Shown: in pieces, positions 61,110-64,000 of the stretch
Numbering within the stretch: the first letter of the stretch is position 1
Layout of the letters: each line of letters begins with the position of its first letter
DNA from: Candidatus Atabeyarchaeum deiterrae
Lineage (GTDB): Archaea > Asgardarchaeota > Atabeyarchaeia > Atabeyarchaeales > Atabeyarchaeaceae
Assembly (NCBI GenBank): GCA_037310415.1
Contig: CP147780.1
Span: 384,001 to 448,000, forward strand
Length of the DNA: 64,000 nt
Reading direction: 5' to 3'
Position numbers and translations under genes: made by a program
Notes under the pieces: generated by a model
Told to the model about the DNA's origin: nothing
Databases searched by the model: none
The model's input: only the letters and a program-made list of their open reading frames with translations

Positions 61110-61691
61110 ATGAAGATCGTGCGCCTATCATGGGAAGATATTGAACGGGCGTGCAGAATTGTTGCAAGGAAAATGTTAAGGAGCAATTTCACACCAGACC
61201 TGTGTGTCGCGATCAGCAGAGGTGGCTTTCCTCCCGCTCGAATTCTGTGCGATCTTCTTAGTATAAACAACTTGGCTTCTATCAAGATTGAGAACTATTC
61301 CAACATTGATGAGCGCCTAGTGACCCCAAGGTTGGTGTATCCACTGAGCGCTGATACCAAGGGCAAGAGAGTCCTGATTATTGATGATGTAGCTGACCGT
61401 GGTGACAGTTTGATCTTGGCGAGAAAGCATGTTGTTGAGTTGGGCGCGAGAGAGGTAAGGGTAGCGACCCTTCACTACAAACCATGGAGCAAGATCAAGC
61501 CAGACTACTATGCACTAGAGTATAGGAGTTGGATAGTTTATCCTTGGGAAATAACTGAAACTGTTAGGAAGCTTGTCTTGAGATTACTTAAAGAGGGAAA
61601 AAGTATGGATGAGATAAAGAGGAGGTTGCTCAAGCTCAAGATCACCGATACTGAAATCAGCAAGTATGTTAGAGAGTTGGGGCAAAATTGA
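61110..61691 (+). CDS. Type I phosphoribosyltransferase (purine PRT-like)
   Basis: ISRGG, LIIDDVADRG, WIVYPWE. Confidence 0.9.
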   Translation: MKIVRLSWEDIERACRIVARKMLRSNFTPDLCVAISRGGFPPARILCDLLSINNLASIKIENYSNIDERLVTPRLVYPLSADTKGKRVLIIDDVADRGDSLILARKHVVELGAREVRVATLHYKPWSKIKPDYYALEYRSWIVYPWEITETVRKLVLRLLKEGKSMDEIKRRLLKLKITDTEISKYVRELGQN

Positions 61692-61727
61692 CCTAATCGG
61701 GCAACAATAACCCAGAGGATCAATAAC

Positions 61728-62333
61728 TTGAAGCAATTCACAATAGATTTCGATGGGAAGGAGTCTTTGAAGCATTATGTGAGCATTTGTGGTTTCAGGG
61801 GATGTCATGCGCAGAAAGACATAGGGAAGCTGATTGGCAGGATGAAGATGATTGAGCGTGATGAGGAATTATCGGCTCTGCAACTTTTCGATGCTGATAG
61901 AATAGCTACTCATCTTCACCTTTTGGTGAGTGTTTTCTGCGCACTTCATGCTTTCAGGTTCTCGAAGAACATATCGAAGACGATAGGCACCGAGACTCTA
62001 CTTTATGCTTCGGCCCAACGGCAAATAATCGATGCAATAGACAAGGTAGGCGTTCAGTTACTTTCCCATAACATTGCAGTCGTCGCAGTAAGCCAGGGAC
62101 ACGAGAACATGGTCGCGCTGATGCGAAAAGTGAACCAAAATCTTGGAGGAGAAATGGATGATAGTGTACTTGATGTAGCTGAGCAAGGAAAAGCAGAAAT
62201 CGTCAAGAAAACGTTTGGATTAACTGAAGTAGAAATAGAAGCCGCGAGAATTGGCACCAATAGGAAGGACATTGAATCGACAATCCGTAATAGGGTAGTA
62301 AGCAAGATATCGGTTATGGGGATTTCCAAGTGA
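61728..62333 (+). CDS. cgi121: KEOPS subunit Cgi121
   Basis: QLFDAD, HL, E.LLYASAQRQI..AI..VG. Confidence 0.9.
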   Translation: MKQFTIDFDGKESLKHYVSICGFRGCHAQKDIGKLIGRMKMIERDEELSALQLFDADRIATHLHLLVSVFCALHAFRFSKNISKTIGTETLLYASAQRQIIDAIDKVGVQLLSHNIAVVAVSQGHENMVALMRKVNQNLGGEMDDSVLDVAEQGKAEIVKKTFGLTEVEIEAARIGTNRKDIESTIRNRVVSKISVMGISK

Positions 62334-62374
62334 TGAAAGGCTTTGTCAACAAGTTTCTACGACCATTGTCTCTC

Positions 62375-62902
62375 CTATTTGCACAGTGAAAGAGTATCAC
62401 TAGGTCCTAACACTGAAAGACCAGTCCATTCCCCAACTACTTCAACTTGAAGAACTTTCTTGGGCTTCTCTAGATCAACTTTTCTATCTATTATCGCCGC
62501 AACTGACTTTATTATGTCCGTGCAGTGCAACTGAGAATGTCTCTTGTTGCAGGTTATTCTGAAAGTGTCATCCTCCAATATACAGTGAACAATCCCTCCT
62601 GATGCTTCGACAATTCGATTCATTTCCGTTGGCACGACTACGTCGAGCGGAACATATTTCAAAGTGTACTGAAAACGCCAAGGATCATCAATTGCAAGAG
62701 TTCTCAGTTTTCCAATCACTGTCCGAGGTTCTAGAGAACTCCTGGCGGCAATCAGACTCCTCACCCCAGTAAGGGCGACTTCGACCAAACTATCGCCTAT
62801 CGTGCTGCCTATAAGATCTTCAGCCTCCATCACGGCGTTTCGTTCCCTGTCTCGGATGCATGAAATAAGCAGATTATAATCTATTTCATCCAATGGCATC
62901 AT
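62375..62902 (-). CDS. Stand-alone THUMP domain protein
   Basis: YNLLISC, TFRIT..KR, VDLEKP..V.QVEVVG. Confidence 0.85.
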   Translation of the reverse strand: MMPLDEIDYNLLISCIRDRERNAVMEAEDLIGSTIGDSLVEVALTGVRSLIAARSSLEPRTVIGKLRTLAIDDPWRFQYTLKYVPLDVVVPTEMNRIVEASGGIVHCILEDDTFRITCNKRHSQLHCTDIIKSVAAIIDRKVDLEKPKKVLQVEVVGEWTGLSVLGPSDTLSLCK

Positions 62903-63055
62903 AAGCAGGAATCACCATTTGCCAGCAATCAGACCAACTTGAAAACCAGATAACTGAGCATCCTAAGAGTGCTAATCTGGGCGACGTGAGATCATTGACA
63001 AAGGATTCTTCCATGAAAACTGAATCGGGTCACCAAAAAGGAACTGATCCCTGTT

Positions 63056-63199
63056 CTATTTTGATTTGACCTTCTTTACTATCGGGGGCCTTGTTTTGTA
63101 AAGAACACGGTATCCGCAGAACGGGCATTTCACCCCTGGAAGAGATTCGAGACCCTGCAATGAAACTGCCTTCCCACACTTGCCACAAGCGTACGGCAT
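63056..63199 (-). CDS. rpoP: RNA polymerase subunit Rpo12 (P); not in the ORF track
   Basis: MPYACGKCG...KCPFCGYRVLYKTRPPIVKKVKSK (47 aa); SD GGGTGA. Confidence 0.93.
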   Translation of the reverse strand: MPYACGKCGKAVSLQGLESLPGVKCPFCGYRVLYKTRPPIVKKVKSK

Positions 63200-63256
63200 G
63201 TCGATCACCCTAAATTCTCTGAATCGGTTAGACTTCCTACTAAGGCAGGTGGCTGA

Positions 63257-64000
63257 TTAAAGCATTTCGCCTCCAACCAGGCGATCAGACACAGTTTCTG
63301 TTATTTGAACTTTTAGCCTCTTTCCTGGTTCGATATTCTTCTCACGTATTAAAACAACTGGTCCATCCGAAACTGGATAAGTGACAGTCCCCTTTCTTTC
63401 TCCTTGACTGATGTATTTGAACGCCATAACGTCAAGCGTCTTTCCTATGAGCCCTCTTTTCAACTCCATATTCAGTCGGCGAGCGACCTTCTCGATTGTC
63501 TTACTCTCTCGGCTCTTTCTCGCAGGGGGAGCAGGTGGGAATCTCTCGAAGGCAGATAGAGGCAGCGGCTTAAATCGGTATAAGGTTATCTTCTCCGCGC
63601 CCTCATTTGCGATTTCTATCATTGCCTCTACCGTTCTCCTTGCTGTCTCAGCTGTTTGCTCTGGGAGACCGTGAATGAAATATACATAAGGTCTCAGTCC
63701 GTGTCTCACAGCGCTTCTGACTGCATTCAGTGTCTGAATCGGGCTTGATGGTCGTCCAAGTCTGAAGGAGTGTTCCTCGGAGCCAGTTTCGCAACCTAAG
63801 TGTATGGTTGAGTTAGGAAGGTGCTCAGCGATCACAGAAGCAACTTCGTCGTCAAATAGAGAGGGTTTAATATTCTCGGCAGAAAAGTACACATAATCTG
63901 TTTTGGGGACACCAATCATGGGTGGGATCGACGTCAACTTAGATAGAAGACTCTCGATCTTTCCTATGTTTGGTCCCGGATGATTTGGATCTGACAAAGG
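63257..64000 (-). CDS. Radical SAM protein with TRAM-like C-terminus (5' truncated by window edge)
   Basis: LGCETGS, YFIHGLP, YRFKPLP, V.I......LVG; the CxxxCxxC motif lies outside the window. Confidence 0.7.
   Translation of the reverse strand, partial: PLSDPNHPGPNIGKIESLLSKLTSIPPMIGVPKTDYVYFSAENIKPSLFDDEVASVIAEHLPNSTIHLGCETGSEEHSFRLGRPSSPIQTLNAVRSAVRHGLRPYVYFIHGLPEQTAETARRTVEAMIEIANEGAEKITLYRFKPLPLSAFERFPPAPPARKSRESKTIEKVARRLNMELKRGLIGKTLDVMAFKYISQGERKGTVTYPVSDGPVVLIREKNIEPGKRLKVQITETVSDRLVGGEML

Noticed and set aside
1-64000. CRISPR arrays, rRNA genes, integrases, selenoprotein read-through
   Set aside because: No repeat-spacer array, rRNA-like stretch, integrase motif or in-frame TGA at a conserved Cys position was seen.

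Overview
Archaeal chromosome segment (about 45% GC; BRE/TATA promoters; GGAGG/GGTGA Shine-Dalgarno sites; many TTG/GTG starts). The eukaryote-like uL14 N-terminus, eL14/eL34 and a cbf5 intron suggest a TACK or Asgard lineage, but the taxon cannot be fixed from sequence alone. The window is mostly core informational genes: the spc-like ribosomal cluster (uS17 to secY, cmk, cbf5), tRNA-Ser, the uS13-Rpo3-uS2 cluster, an isoprenoid (modified mevalonate pathway) block, the L7Ae-aIF5B-aIF2gamma-Rpo7-KEOPS cluster, and the RNase P/proteasome/exosome/prefoldin superoperon with an ECF module. Several features are hidden from the ORF track: (1) a 41-nt bulge-helix-bulge (BHB) intron splitting the catalytic Asp codon of cbf5; (2) a tRNA-Ser(GGA) with a 32-nt BHB intron in the 3' strand of the acceptor stem (68/69); (3) aIF2gamma, which appears to start at AUU behind a perfect SD, while uS5 and the old mvk appear to start at CUG; (4) the resident mevalonate kinase broken in place and replaced by a cassette of trypanosomatid-like MVK, AMP decarboxylase and PMD, next to a TnpB-only IS; (5) long K/E-rich tails, one a tetrapeptide repeat, on several ribosomal proteins and Rpo7; (6) a small rpoP gene. 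All product calls come from motif and synteny recognition; no database search was run.
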